64,000 nucleotides of DNA from the NCBI GenBank assembly GCA_964016885.1, contig OZ024743.1, positions 27,652,001 through 27,716,000 of the forward strand, in the 5' to 3' direction. This DNA comes from Eledone cirrhosa (Eukaryota). The notes beneath the pieces were generated by a model. The model ran no database searches. It saw nothing but the letters and a program-made list of their open reading frames with translations, and had not been told where the DNA came from. A program made the position numbers and the translations under genes. This document shows positions 41,677 through 55,824 of this stretch, piece after piece; position 1 is the stretch's first letter; each line of letters begins with the position of its first letter.

Positions 41677-42764
41677 AAGCATTATGATTGATGACAAAAC
41701 ATTTTATTTCAACAGCTAGCTAGCTTGGCCTTGAGACAGGAATAAACAGGAACGTAAAATAATGTAATCTGGAAAATACAACAACAAAAACAAATTGCAA
41801 TGCTTGCAAGTTTTAGTTAGTCATATGGAAATAGTGGTGTTAAAATATAGGATATTTGAAAATACGCATTATGTAAAACTTCTCAGCAGATATGAAGTTG
41901 TATAAATATAAGATCTTTTTAAATTTCAAATTCTATATTTGAAAAGTGGTCATATATATATATATATATATATACATATATATACATATATTCATATACA
42001 AACATACATACTTGCATACACACTACATAAATAAATACATTTGTACATACATACATGCATACATATAGAGAGAGAGTACTAGCGGGATATAGAGTTAGAT
42101 TATGAGGTTGAAACTCTAAAATATGGCTATCGCATGTTTTAAATTGAAGAAGAAAATAATTGATATCTATTCAATAATATTATACAAATCTTAATATTTT
42201 TATTTATTTATTTCTCTTTCCTCATCTCGAATCCTTGAACGAAAAAATATTATATGAAGAAAGAAAAAATATATATATATATAAATATACGTCCGTGTAT
42301 ATATAACATTGGTGTAACTGTTAAATGGTAACGGTGTATGCTCCAGAGGCATATGTGCTTTCGACACGGCATCGCCCGCCATTGAGGTCAGTGATATGAA
42401 GAAAGGCAGTATAACATTTGACCAGAGAACTTGGAAAGAACTCTTGTATCACGTGTCGACGTGTCGATGAATGAAAGGCGGCGGGAGTTGGTAGAAATAT
42501 AGTGAGAGGGAGGGATGGGGAAAGAGATAAAAATACTGTAGTGAGAGAAGGGCGGCGAAAGGAACAGGATAAAAGCAGGAGGAGAGGTAAGAGGAGGAGA
42601 GGAAAGACAAAGGTGGAAAAAAGGAGGAAAGAGGAAAGAGGAAAGAGGAAGTAGAGATGAAGAAAAGGAGTGAGAAGTTTCCATAAGTTTGTGTCATTCG
42701 AAGAGTTCAGCCCACGGAGTAATGTACAGGAAGAGAACAATATTACGGGTTGTTGATATATATA

Positions 42765-42903
42765 ATGGAGAAAAAAAGGAGAATTTACACGGACATAAGT
42801 GGAGTTTTAAAAGGATTCAAACGAAATAAAATATCACACATGAAAGACAATGCTAAATTAATATATTCTTTAACTTATGAGTTTAAACAACTGGATTTCC
42901 AAG
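42765..42903 (+). CDS. Candidate first coding exon of an unknown host gene
   Basis: ATAATGG start context, 46 open codons (MEKKRRIYTD...KQLDFQ), consensus donor CAAG|GTAAGT at 42903/42904; upstream CpG-containing unique region. No homology recognised. Confidence 0.3.
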
Positions 42904-42946
42904 GTAAGTGATTTTTTTCCCCATTGGTTTCATTGATTGTTTACAT

Positions 42947-42994
<48 letters not shown>

Positions 42995-43507
42995 ATTGTT
43001 GTTGTTATTGATGCTGATGTTGTTGTTCTATTCAGTGGTGGATTAAGGGGTTTGGGATGTCTGGTATTTAGCCAGAAGTCTATTTAAAGGGTCCCAAATA
43101 AATAGTTTTTAATTTTGTTTGTTTGTTACCATAAATATTGTATTATAATCAGTTTGATGCAAGGGCCCTAACGTACATTTTAGCCAAGGACTCCCATGCA
43201 AGCTTATTCTGCTCCTGCTAGTAATTGTTGTTGTTATGGATGATGATGATGAAGATGATGATGATGATGATGATGATGATATTGTTTTGTCACTAGGCTT
43301 GTCCTGATTGAGCAAATGTTTTGAGGAAATGTATTCCTACCATGGCCATCCCACCCATTTTATTGATCAGGGATTACATTGTTTAATGTAGTATTATACT
43401 TTTTTAGGTGTTATAGAGTACAGCTTCTAGCAAATCGAGTGACCACATTGAAGCTCTATCTCGCGTGTGTTAGTGAGAGGTAATATGAATAGTGGTAGTA
43501 GCAGTGT

Positions 43508-43558
<51 letters not shown>

Positions 43559-45189
43559 CATTAGTAGTAGTAGTAGCAGTGTCATTAGCATTAGTAGTAG
43601 TAGTAGTAGTAGTAGTAGTAGCAGCAGCAGTATTAGGTGTTGCGTTGTTAATATCTATAGCTGGGATAGCAGTTACTATTGTGGCTATTTATCTCCAGTT
43701 TTGACCATTCTACCTATTTTAAATAGACATAGTTCATATAGGACCACATTATCCAATAAGTTAATTTTGAAGACAGCCAGTTTATGTTTAGAGGGCGATT
43801 TGACTGATATTTCTAGCACTTCAAAAGGCCACAGAGAGGCCTTCATTCTTGGCTCGATTTGTTGTTGTTTATCACTAGGTTAACTCTGATCGAACAAACC
43901 TATAATGATTGATGACATTTACGCCATAACCACTCCGCCCTTCACTCCAGCATTGTGTATTTAAAAATCGATTATACAATACGTCCCTCCCCTTTCAAGA
44001 AAATAGAGTAAAATTCGAAGAAGAATTTGGCCACAATTTTTGACATAGCAAGCGACTATAAACAACCCTCCTTCGTTGTAGTTGTTACTTGTATTCATTG
44101 TAAATGTAGTAGTGATATTTGTGAAAGTTGTTCTAGTGTTGGTTGTAATTGCAGTATAGTTGTTGTTTCTACTGTCGTGGTGGAGGTAGTTAGAGTACCG
44201 GTGTTTGTTATAGCTTTAGTATTGATAATGAGTTTGAGTTATAGTTATAGTGGTCATGTCGTCGGTTGAGGTACTAGTGGTAGCTGTATTTGTGGTAGAT
44301 GAGTTACTGGTGTGGGATGTATTTAACCTTATGTCAACCCTGTTTGAGCAGTCGTATGACTGAAAGCCTTTTACCTATAACTAACCTACTATTTTTAAAA
44401 CATGGCGCTTCTAAGACTACGTTGACTAATGTGTTCATTTTTAAAGACGGTAAGTGAGCATTGAGGTGATTTGGTTGTTATTTCTAGCGTACATACTTCC
44501 ACGCTGTTTCACGATGCTGCTTGCAGTTTTGGTTGTGGTTGTACTATTGCTGTAATTAAAGTTGAATTATGTTGGTGTTAGAGAGTGGGGCGTTGCTCTC
44601 ATAGTTGTGTTATGCAGATGTTTTCGTTGCGATGCTGAATATATTGGAAGTTGTGGTTGTGTAGCTGGTTGAATTGGTTGTTATACCTGTTGGGTTTTGG
44701 TATTGATAGTTTAGTTGATATTAGTTGTAGTTAAGTTATTAATGGGACTCATTATAGTCTTAGTAACTTATGATAACGTTGATGTTGCATGTTCTATCAT
44801 TACTGTTGATCGTGGGGTTTGTTGTGTTGGCTGAGTTTTCGGTTGTGGTATTGTCTTTGGAGCTGTTCTTAGTGATTTAAGTGAGGGTCATTTCAAATAT
44901 AGTGTCTCTTTCATTACTGTTAGTAGTTCTCGGTGTTCTGGGCTTATTGAGGTTTCACCCCAGATCAACTCTGATCGATTAAAATCAATTATTAAGGCAT
45001 CCCAGCTGTCACCGTTTCCTTTTTCACACAGATATGTTGATGGATAATTTGTCGGTTTCGTCGATGAAAATTCGATGGTTCAGTTTAATGAATGATCAAC
45101 TCGTGAATTAAATTGCGAGTGGTTGTGTATTCCACAAACACATATAACCTTAAATTAATTCTCATGCAGTATCATCGTGACGACCTATG

Positions 45190-45383
45190 CAGACCTGTCA
45201 AGTCTCCCCGTCCGACGGGGAGATCTCCCAAACACTTTTGGATGAGTGAGAGATGCGTTCTCTTGTGAAAATGGGTATAGTTTTCATTATGTAAAATTTC
45301 TCCATTTTGCCTCATATCTCCCCGTTTTGGGGCACTTTTTTCATGGTACTCCTCGTTTGGGTTTTTAGAGGTTGGCAGGCCTG
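45190..45383. mobile_element. ~190-bp MITE, copy 1
   Basis: TIRs CAGACCTGTCAA / TTGGCAGGCCTG; same body at 46460-46633 and, inverted, 48634-48828. Confidence 0.8.
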
Positions 45384-46459
45384 CCATATGTGACAAGAGT
45401 AAACCTTTGAAATACAGGTACAACCCTCCGATTGACTTTCTGACAGTTTCCCTCTACCCAGTTTCACTCACAATACTTGGATCAGCTTTGCTTTTGGATG
45501 CGTTGCTAATGTTTTAATGAATGGGAAAATCATCGGAAAATGTCTTGCAATATATTATGATGAGTGTTTACATCCTGAGTTCAAATGCAGCAGAGGTCAA
45601 CGTTGCCCTTCATATTTTCGGAGTTTATAAAATATAATATCTGTTAAATATTGGGTCAATTTAATTCCTCCCCAAACTGTGGCCTTATATCTAAGTTAGA
45701 TATCAATATTTCAAGGTGTTGAGGGCAGTGAATTTACAGAAACATTTCAGAGTCGAACTAAGTTCGAATCCTGCAGATATTGAATTTGTCTTTCAAATTT
45801 CCGGCGTTTTAAAATAAGCATGAGTTTAAACACGGGAGCTGGTATGTTAGCGATATGTATGTTTGAAATCGATATTCTACGATTTTGTTGTTTGAAAATG
45901 AAAGACATAAATGAGTGATTCTTCCTTGTTTTGGTCGGTAGCTATATCACTTGTTCGATTAACTGAAATGTCTATTTATTTAATTCTAGTGTGAGTAGAT
46001 GGTTACTTCACTAACACCTGTACTCATAACATAATATTCATTTAGGATCATTAGTACAGTATGCGACAAAACTGGACCATTGAATTATAGTTTCAAATCA
46101 CTTAGATTCCGGTTACCTAATTTCTCTTGAGCTGCTCTCAGTCTATGATAACTTGTACAAATTGCTTCTCAGTACGATCGAACCATGGACATCGTGATTG
46201 TGAAGCGAAATTCGCAACTACTTTGCCTTTCCTGAATATATTGTTATCTGACAGCGTTGATAGCAAAGTTTGCAGTGTTTTTAGTTGTGTGAAGGTTGGT
46301 GGAATGTTTTAATGCAGGATTTAAGGCGGGACGGTAAGGTGGGTCAATTAACGTGATCTGGTTGTGTAGAGGTGATGGTGGTGGTGGTTGTTGTTGTGCT
46401 GGTGGTAACAATGTTTTGGGTATTAAAAGCAGAAATTATAATGTCGATAAGAATAACAA

Positions 46460-46633
46460 CAGACCTGTCATCTCTCCACGTCCGACGGGGTGATCTTCCA
46501 CCTACTTTGGGGTGGGTAAGAGATGACTTCTCTTGTGAAAATGGGTATAGCTTTCATTATGAAAATCATCCCATTTTGCCTCATTTCTCCCCGTTTTGGG
46601 ACACTTTTTGTTTTTTTGAGGTTGGCAGGTTTG
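46460..46633. mobile_element. MITE copy 2
   Basis: Same TIRs and body; TAACAA duplicated on both sides. Confidence 0.8.
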
Positions 46634-47702
46634 TAACAATAAAAACAACACGATCAACATCTCTTTCACTACCATTACAAGCACAGCCACTCCCATCATT
46701 AGAAAGTACTACCATCATCATCATAAAAGCAACAACAGCAATACCAACAACAAAACAATAACAAACAATACTGCACCACCATTATTGTTAAGTTATTACA
46801 GTGAATACCAATGACGGTAGAATGAATTGAGATAGTGTGCCCTATTCAAATCCTATTATTGTCAACATAATACTAGATACGAGATAATTCACGGTCCCCC
46901 ATTTCCACAAAATAATAGAAGCTATTAATATTGGTTACTACTACTAAAACGTCAAACCATCCCAAGAAAGCAATAGTTCCTCATTTAAGCACAGTGTCAT
47001 TTATTTGGGGGGATAAAGAAGAAACACGATTATATTGAACACAATACTTGATTTCTACTATATTTTATTGAATCCCGAAAAATAGGAGGTAAATTTGACT
47101 TCAGCAGGATTTAAATTCTGAAAGTGAAGGGCCGGCGCAAATAGTGCATTATATTTGTGTGACGCTTTAATAATTCGTAATAATACTCTTCTTCTCTTCT
47201 TCTTCTTCTTCTCCTTCTTCTTCTTCTTCTTCTTCTTCTTCTTCTTCTTCTTCGTCCCCTTATTTCTGAGAGGGTCGTGGGGACAGAATCCTACACTACT
47301 TCTAGCGGGTCTTGTCAGAAGCAAATGTCTCCAAGTGGTACTCCGGTCACAAAGATTACTATTCATGGCTGAATTATTAAGAAGTTTGATTCGTAAACAT
47401 AAAGTCCCAGGTTCGATCCTAATGTGTGGAAACTTGGGCAAGTGTCATTTCCTCGATTAAACTCAAGCCTTGACAGTGAAATTGGGTAGACAGAAACTGT
47501 GTAAAAGCTCATAGGAGAGATTGTTTTTATAATTCAAAGCTCACGCCTTGTCACATATTGTGTCGTGGAGATTCAGCTTGGTAATTACTTAAATTGTTCA
47601 CATATCTACGGAATACTCGACCACTTGCAATTAAGTTATGAAGGGATGTTCAATTTATCAAAAAATCTGTGTGCTTATCGACAGTGTATCCATCATCATC
47701 AT

Positions 47703-47765
<63 letters not shown>

Positions 47766-48633
47766 ATGTACTGCTGCACTTACTGTTGCCATATTTTCTA
47801 ATGCTCAGCATTAACAAAAACAACTACGAGCAAAACAATATTATGTGACCGACCGGTACCTATTCCTACTGATCGGTGTCGAGACCTCTGCTGTCCTCTG
47901 TATTCGAACTGCCGTTTTCCTCAGCAAAATTGGAAGGACTCTATCCTACCCGATGAAAGACCGCCTCAAGGGGAGTGGTCGAAGCAACAGGTGTCGCTGG
48001 CTGTTCTCCGCTCTAATGCTTTCATCAAGTTCTCCCTGGGGCGCAGCTGAGAAAAACTGCCTAGTATGAGGTGTAGAATCAGTCGCACTCTCCCCCTTTA
48101 CTTTTAAGCTTTTGTTCTTTTTTTTAATTGTAAACATTATATAATCCAATTGAGAATTTAATGAGTAAAAATATCCAAACAGATATACATGTTTGTATTT
48201 GTTTGTTTGTGTGTGTGTATGTGGTGTGAAGATGCGGGGGCTTAGTGGTTAGGGTGTTCGGCTGAAGATCTCTTGACCTGCAAAACATTGCAACTAGATG
48301 TATGTTTAACTTTTGGTACCAATTTTTTTAATTGCTTTAATTAGCTACTTATTTTAAAGGATTCGCATTTAAATCTAAATCTCCAAACATAACTTGATAT
48401 TAAAGTATATTGTTAAGTTATGTTGAAAACAACATCTTAATATTGAAACAATTCATAATTTTAGAGAGTTCCACCAAATTTATCAGAAATTATTTCAAAT
48501 ACAGTGTATTTTATTAGAAAGGTTAAATCAAACGTCACATTCTAAAGTAAGAGTTAAAACACATATTAGATACTATACCCCTTAGATCTTCGTTAAATGA
48601 TAGGATGATGTCAATGACATGCCTTGGATCATA

Positions 48634-48828
48634 CAGATCTGCCAACTTCTAAAAACCAAAACGGGGAGTACTATGAAAAAAAGTGCCCCAAAACGGTGAG
48701 AAATGAGGCAAAATGGAGAGATTTTACATAATGAAAGCTATACCCATTTTCACAAGAGAAGACATCTCTCACCCACCCCAAAGTACGTAGGAGATCTCCC
48801 CGTCGGACAGGGTGAGTTGACAGATCAG
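48634..48828. mobile_element. MITE copy 3 (opposite orientation)
   Basis: Same body reverse-complemented; GATCATA duplicated on both sides. Confidence 0.8.
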
Positions 48829-49274
48829 GATCATAAGTCTGCTCGATCAGAGTTTAATTTAGGCTAATTACCAACAACGACAACGACATTTCCCTGTGTT
48901 ATATCAGGGGTCTAGCTACTACATTGAATTTCATCCACGTGTCTTCATATGTGAAGTCATGTGGATAAGTGTTTAGGGTGTTCGGCCGACGTTTATAAGC
49001 TCGACTACTGTCCTACATTTCACTCAGCTGGTAAAAATATGTGGTGCGTAATTTAAAGGATCAGCTTTGACACACAATGTATTACATTGAATTTCTACGA
49101 GAACTAAGTTAAGTGTTCAAGCTGTCAAATTCTCAGTTACATGTTAAATTCACGAACAGGCTGTTCTGTTGTTTAAACTCGTCATCGAAACCCATAAAAG
49201 TCCATTATGTCGACATAAGTTTGGCCTTGGACAGTGAATGTGAAAGGTCTGCTGATTTAATAACCTTAACAGTA

Positions 49275-49428
<154 letters not shown>

Positions 49429-49715
49429 GGAAAAGATTGTTTTGGTAAAAACAGGTGTAAGCAGGAGAAAGGTCTCAACAATCGGTGTTTTTTGTTACGA
49501 TGGAGAATTTTATAAAAATAACAAAATAAAATACGATATATGTAAACTCACCATCTTATTTTGATATTTATATATAATATATATAGGTTGTCGCCAAAAA
49601 TGTATACAAACTTCAACAGCATTCTAATAAATATTGCCTGCACAGGTAATCAAAGAGGGTATACATTTCATGGGACACCCTGCATATATATATGAGTATA
49701 TATATATATATATGC

Positions 49716-49813
<98 letters not shown>

Positions 49814-50244
49814 TTGATTATGTAAATGAGTGTGCCAGTGTGTATGCTGGGGCATCGCATTCATTTCGTCGATCATATCGATCCCAGTACTTCTTTTCAA
49901 ACATGATACTCATGTTATCGACTTCTTTTTTGTCGTGCAACTACGTTACGGGAAATAAACACAGACACAAATGTAAAAATACGCTCACACACCAAACACA
50001 CAGACACGCAGACACCTACTAAATATATTATCACATCAGCTGTTTCTTCCTCTATGCTTTCGTTTCCCTCCTCTTTCTCCAGTAGTTTTTAAAAAAATTA
50101 AAAAATGTATAACTGTTATATTGATGCCATGTATTTCTTAAGTTCTATTACACTCACCCTCTCTATTGTTTGTATTATGTTATCTCATGTTCTCAATATT
50201 AGGGTATAAATATTGAGTTTTTATCATAAGTTAATCACTACAAT

Positions 50245-50490
50245 GACTGAATCTTAACCATCTACTATGTCAGGTTATTATATCTGATGAGCACGTACTG
50301 TTGAACTTAATTCAGTACCTCTGAAATATGTATAATCAAATATAATTGATCACAAGAATGTCTATTTTGTTAATATTTTGAATAAAATATTAATAACTCT
50401 AGAAAACCTTTGCTGTTGAGTGCTTCCAATCTATTGTAAAACTCATTCTTTGATGTATTCATTGAACCTTGTTTAACTTTTAAATATATA
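50245..50490 (+). mobile_element. Single-arm relative of the 21790-22203 element with hammerhead motif
   Basis: CTGATGA GCACGTACTG..CAGTACCTCT GAAA TATG TA (50284-50332); downstream alignable to 22044-22200, including TTGAGTGCTTCCAATCTA.TGTAAAACTCATTCTTTGA. Confidence 0.75.
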
Positions 50491-50574
50491 TATACATATT
50501 ACTCTTTTACTCTTTTACCTGTTTCAGCCATCCGGCTGAGGCCATGCTGGGGCACCGCCCTTGATATACATATA

Positions 50575-50934
50575 AATATCACATAAGAAACGGAGATTCA
50601 GTTGTGCGACGAATTAAAATTTATTAGACATATTACAATCGTTTCTCTGGCGACCAGCTCGAGGCACGATCGATGCAATTATCGAACCTGACTCTGAAAT
50701 CGCAAGATCCTCACATAAGTCTCGATCTTTCGAGACGTATCTGAGGATACGATCATTGCATCGATCGTGCCTCGAGCTGGTCGCCAAAGAAACGATTGTA
50801 ATATATCTAATAAATTTTAATTCGTCGCACCACTGATTCTCCGTTTCTTATGTGATATTATACTCTGCTCTATAAGAGCATCGAGTGCTCAAACGGCTTA
50901 CTGCATACGGACGCTTTAAGTATCCCACACCAAT

Positions 50935-50937
<3 letters not shown>
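50575..50937 (+). mobile_element. Fold-back element with hammerhead-like motif and tail
   Basis: ~50575-50685 inverted against ~50750-50859; CTGAGGA...GAAACGATTGTA at 50741-50800; TCGAGTGC at 50881. Confidence 0.75.
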
Positions 50938-50987
<50 letters not shown>

Positions 50988-50991
<4 letters not shown>

Positions 50992-51366
50992 TAAAAGGAA
51001 TTCCAACTTTGTCTGATTTACTCGTTTTATTTACAATCCTTTAAACTGTATAATGGTATTAGAATGAAATAGTATGGTAGAATATTAAATGTTAAGTGTT
51101 AATTCAACAAGTACTTTCATGCTTTCGCAATCTTCATGTTCATATTCTGTGGTGACAGTCAAGTTTGCAATTTTCAACAGTTGAAAATTTCAAACTTGAC
51201 TGTCACCACAGAATATGAACTTGAAGATTGCGAAAGCATGAAAGTACTTGTTGAATTAACACTTAACATTTAATATTCTACCATACTATTTCATTCTAAT
51301 ACCATTATACAGTTTAAAGGATTGTAAATAAAACGAGTAAATCAGACAAAGTTGGAATTCCTTTTA

Positions 51367-51370
<4 letters not shown>
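50988..51370. repeat. 383-bp near-perfect palindrome between (TA)n tracts
   Basis: 191-bp arms centred on 51179, two mismatches seen; TTGAAGA TTGC GAAA GCAT GAAA GTAC TT (hammerhead-like) at 51221-51249. Confidence 0.9.
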
Positions 51371-51429
<59 letters not shown>

Positions 51430-52039
51430 AGAGGGATGAATGGTGGACCTTCGCCTATTTCGACGTCGAATGCCCCAAATATTGTTCTAACAGAAAAGAC
51501 TTCTCTGGAAATTAACACCGCGCCTAGGTCAACTTTGCCTCTCATCATCCCGGGTTCAATAAAGTAAAACACAAGTTGAGTATTGAGGTTAGTTTAATCA
51601 TCTGTACTCTTCCCGTATATCATGCTGGCTTTGCACTTAAATTAGAAATCAACATTCCCGTTTGGAGCCCAAAGAACCCAATTAAGAGACGGTGTCAATA
51701 TATCGAGTAGAGTGGATATGTGATGCGTAAACAGTTTTTACACTAATTATTTAGGAAATACAAAAATCTAGTCCTGTAAGAGTCATTTATGTAACCAAAG
51801 ATGTATTACTATAAATTTAGACTGCGCTCATTCCCAAATACCCTCATATATGTGAAGATGCGGGATATAGCGGTTAGGTTGTTCGGCTAATGATACCAGA
51901 CAATGTGTTCTATCTGAACAAGATACTTCGCTTCATGTTACTCCAGTCGCCTCAGCTGGTAATAATAAGTTTACCAATCCTCTCTACTCAATTTATTGAA
52001 ACTGTTCCTAATTAGGGATCGTTTTTCTCCAAACAGCAA

Positions 52040-52252
52040 TTTTAATATCTAATTTAAGCACAGGGCCAGCAAATTTGGGGGAAATGCAAAGTTGATTAAA
52101 TAACATCAGTACTGAGCTGGTACTTTATTTTATCAAATCCAGTAGAATGGGAGGCAAAATTGACATCTGCGGAAATTGAACTCAGAATACATAGGACCAA
52201 AATTTTGGCATTTTAACCGGCGCTCTACCAGTTCTGCCAATCCACAACCCTG
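52040..52252 (-). mobile_element. Diverged SINE A-related copy
   Basis: GGTACTTTATTTTATC..GGCAAA..TGAACTCAGAA..CTGCCAATCCAC. Confidence 0.65.
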
Positions 52253-53448
52253 ATACCAACACTATTAATACATATGTCTATAAATGCAAGTGTATGTTTT
52301 TCACTCGATTAATAGTTTATGTTAATAGTTAATGTTTTCAAAATTCAGACGAGGCTTTAGGTTAGTAAGACCAACCCATGGATATAAAACGTTGATTTTT
52401 GCATCTAAAGATTACACTTATTATAAGCATACTTTGAAAATCAAACCTATATGGATAAAAGAGATTTGGAAACTAAAATCAGTGCTTTGATATTCTGTGT
52501 TATGCAAGAATAACGAACTTAATGTGTGTGAGTGTGTGTGTGTATGTGTGGAGGTATGTGTTCATATAATATTGATATGCTGAGGGTACAAATGTGTTGC
52601 TCACCTCCGGTGTCTATTCTCTGTTGTATAAGCTACTAGCAATTAATGTTAATAAACATCTGTGTGTTGTTAAGTATAGTTTTATATATTATAAGGCGGC
52701 GAGTTGGCAGTATCGTTTTATCTATTATTATATGGCAGCGAATCGTTAGAATTGTTAAATGTTCCCATATTTATTCCGAGGTCAATTTGTTCTTTCATCT
52801 TTTGGATTGTGAGCTCGATAAATTATTTACCAGTCCAGTGTCAGTAGATTAGAGAAATTGTTAGTGTCGGATATAAATATTTGCTGTGTCTTGTCCGACT
52901 TTGTACGTCGCGAGTTCAAGTCACACCTCCTTTTGCAAGGCGCTAAGACAGCCAGATAATATCTGCAATGGAAATACCAATGGAAACATCGTTTCCTTAG
53001 CTGATCTGAAGATCGGCTCTTTACATTCTCATATGTTATATTTCACGTTGAATTGCTAAGAATCTAAGAATGTCTTTTCATTTAAGTTACAGAGCGTTAC
53101 ATAAAATGATGGTATTTGCGTAAATGTTAGAAGGTTTTTTCAAAAGGGTAGCCTCTCGAGCTAAAGAAGAGCCTCATCGGCGTCAACCAACCTGCTAGAA
53201 ATAGAAGCGGAATATACTTTAAATAAAACCATACCGTCTTACCAAATGAAAGGGCAAATTAGACAGGGACGTGGAATGCATATATATATGATCATAGGTC
53301 TGCTGTTCAATCACAGTTGATTTGCAGTGAAAGCTCAACAGTCAACAAAATCAACCATTTATAAGAATGATTTTTGTGGAAAAATAAATACATATATATA
53401 TATAAGTACACACACACACACACAGACTCATACCCCCCCCCCCCCCAA

Positions 53449-53541
<93 letters not shown>

Positions 53542-53615
53542 TACCATATATATATATATATATAGACATATATATGTGTACGTGAAAGTAAACAAATAAT
53601 AAAGCAAACGACACA

Positions 53616-53685
<70 letters not shown>

Positions 53686-54537
53686 ATATGATATATATAA
53701 TATATATACATATATATATATGTATGTATATACATATGATATATATAATATATATACGTATATATAATATATATACATATATATAATATATATACATATA
53801 TATAAATATATGTATACATGATTTATATATAATATATATATACATATAATATATACACATATATATATATGCAAATATAAATTCAGCGAGAATCGTTTTT
53901 CGGCGGGTAGAAATAAGCGAAACGCAGCGTAATATCCGAGTCGTGCTGGCAAGCGCTCCATGGACCAAAAGAGACCAGAGCAATAAACATAGGTTATAAA
54001 GGTCATACAAACTGAGATGGCGGTTAAGAAGATATCAACCACCTAAGCCAAAAAAACGAGGCAAGCTAAACGGGTCAAACAAAATAAATGAAATATTCAC
54101 CCGCACCTCGGAAATGATGGTATAATCCAGTACAGGGTTTCTGCGACACCTAAATCATTAATGCTGTGTGCTTAAAATAATAAGCTTTTGGTATAATGAT
54201 CGAACAAGGCTATCACGTTATCAACAGGTATTTTGTTCTCCGCCAGCGTTGTGGATGACAGAGTTTTGTATTAGTGAAAGCACACGTGTAACTCACAGAG
54301 GAGATATCCACCAGATTTTGGCAAATGAATTCACTATTTCTAAATCAATGCAAAAATTGCCAACACAGCACAAATCGAATTAAGCTATATGTATGTGTAT
54401 ATATAATATATATATATATATACACATATATATATAATATATATACATATATATATATTTATAATATATACATATGTATATAATATATATACATATATAT
54501 ATATAATATATATGTATATATATTTTATAAATATGTA

Positions 54538-54583
<46 letters not shown>

Positions 54584-54604
54584 TTTATTAATATGTATAT
54601 ATAT

Positions 54605-54637
<33 letters not shown>

Positions 54638-54658
54638 TTTATTAATATGTATATATAT

Positions 54659-54691
<33 letters not shown>

Positions 54692-54698
54692 TTTATTA

Positions 54699-54740
<42 letters not shown>

Positions 54741-54754
54741 TTTATTAATATGTA

Positions 54755-54830
<76 letters not shown>

Positions 54831-55024
54831 CTTTAGGTTTGTTGGTTCACCACTGGATAGAACTGGTCATTCCGTATGGTCAATCCTGGTGTAATATTGT
54901 GAAGAGTACTCAACGCAGTGCAGTTCACCCATCTTCGTTTGTGTAGTTGGTGGTGCGAATACGCAGTTAATTATAAATGAAGTAACAGGAGGCTGGACTG
55001 GTGTAAATACTTGAAAGGTTTATT

Positions 55025-55082
55025 ATACTATGATCATTTCAATGACCGGGTTCCATATGAATCCGGTGATATCATCAGGTAT
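55025..55082 (-). ncRNA. Type I hammerhead ribozyme motif in short element ~54828-55090
   Basis: Minus: ATAC CTGATGA T ATCACCGGATTC ATATG GAACCCGGTCAT T GAAA TGATCA TA GTAT; all three stems plus core; TTGAGTAC at 54906-54913 (minus). Confidence 0.8.
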
Positions 55083-55097
55083 TGGAATATTATATAT

Positions 55098-55305
55098 AGT
55101 TTTAATATAGAAGAGATTCTACAGGACTAGAACTGTTTCATTCTTTAGAAATCATCAGGAATCACTGATGATTTCTAAATGATGATTTCTAAAGAATGAA
55201 ACAGTTCTAGTCCTGTAGAATCACTTCTATATTAAAACTTTTATACTCTGCTATGTATTGAGTACCTTACTTACTGTGGTTACCTCCGATTCAACCCGGA
55301 ATAAC

Positions 55306-55310
<5 letters not shown>
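55098..55310 (+). mobile_element. Mini fold-back element with apex at the hammerhead core
   Basis: 55098-55158 inverted against 55165-55239 (14-bp duplication TGATGATTTCTAAA in the right arm); CTGATGA T TTCT AA AGAA T GAAACAGTT; tail TTGAGTAC (55258)..GTTACC. Confidence 0.8.
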
Positions 55311-55336
<26 letters not shown>

Positions 55337-55351
55337 CAAGATATGTATATA

Positions 55352-55537
55352 TAATTGTTTCTACTTTAGGCACAAGGCCAGCAATTACCCAGTGCATTAC
55401 TGGGTACTTTATTTTATCGACCCCGTAAGGATGAAAGGCAAAGTCAACCTCAGCGGGATTTGAACACAGATCGTAAAGGGACGTAACTATGCTGGAAAGC
55501 ATGGTGTCCGACTCTCTACTGATACTGCCAATCCACC
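55352..55537 (-). mobile_element. Full-length SINE A
   Basis: Close match to 183-365, reverse-complemented. Confidence 0.88.
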
Positions 55538-55548
55538 ATGTGTGTATG

Positions 55549-55641
<93 letters not shown>

Positions 55642-55824
55642 AATCTACACAGCGTACCCTATCATCCTGTCGATTGCAATTTATGTCCTGCAGCCGTTAT
55701 TTTATATCTGATGTCGCTAATAGGTGTTCTCGTTTAATTCGTTCGCTGGTCTATTTTAATGCCATCATGTCTACTTCACCATCTGAAGTCACTAAAGATA
55801 TATTCGATATATTATCTTTGCACT

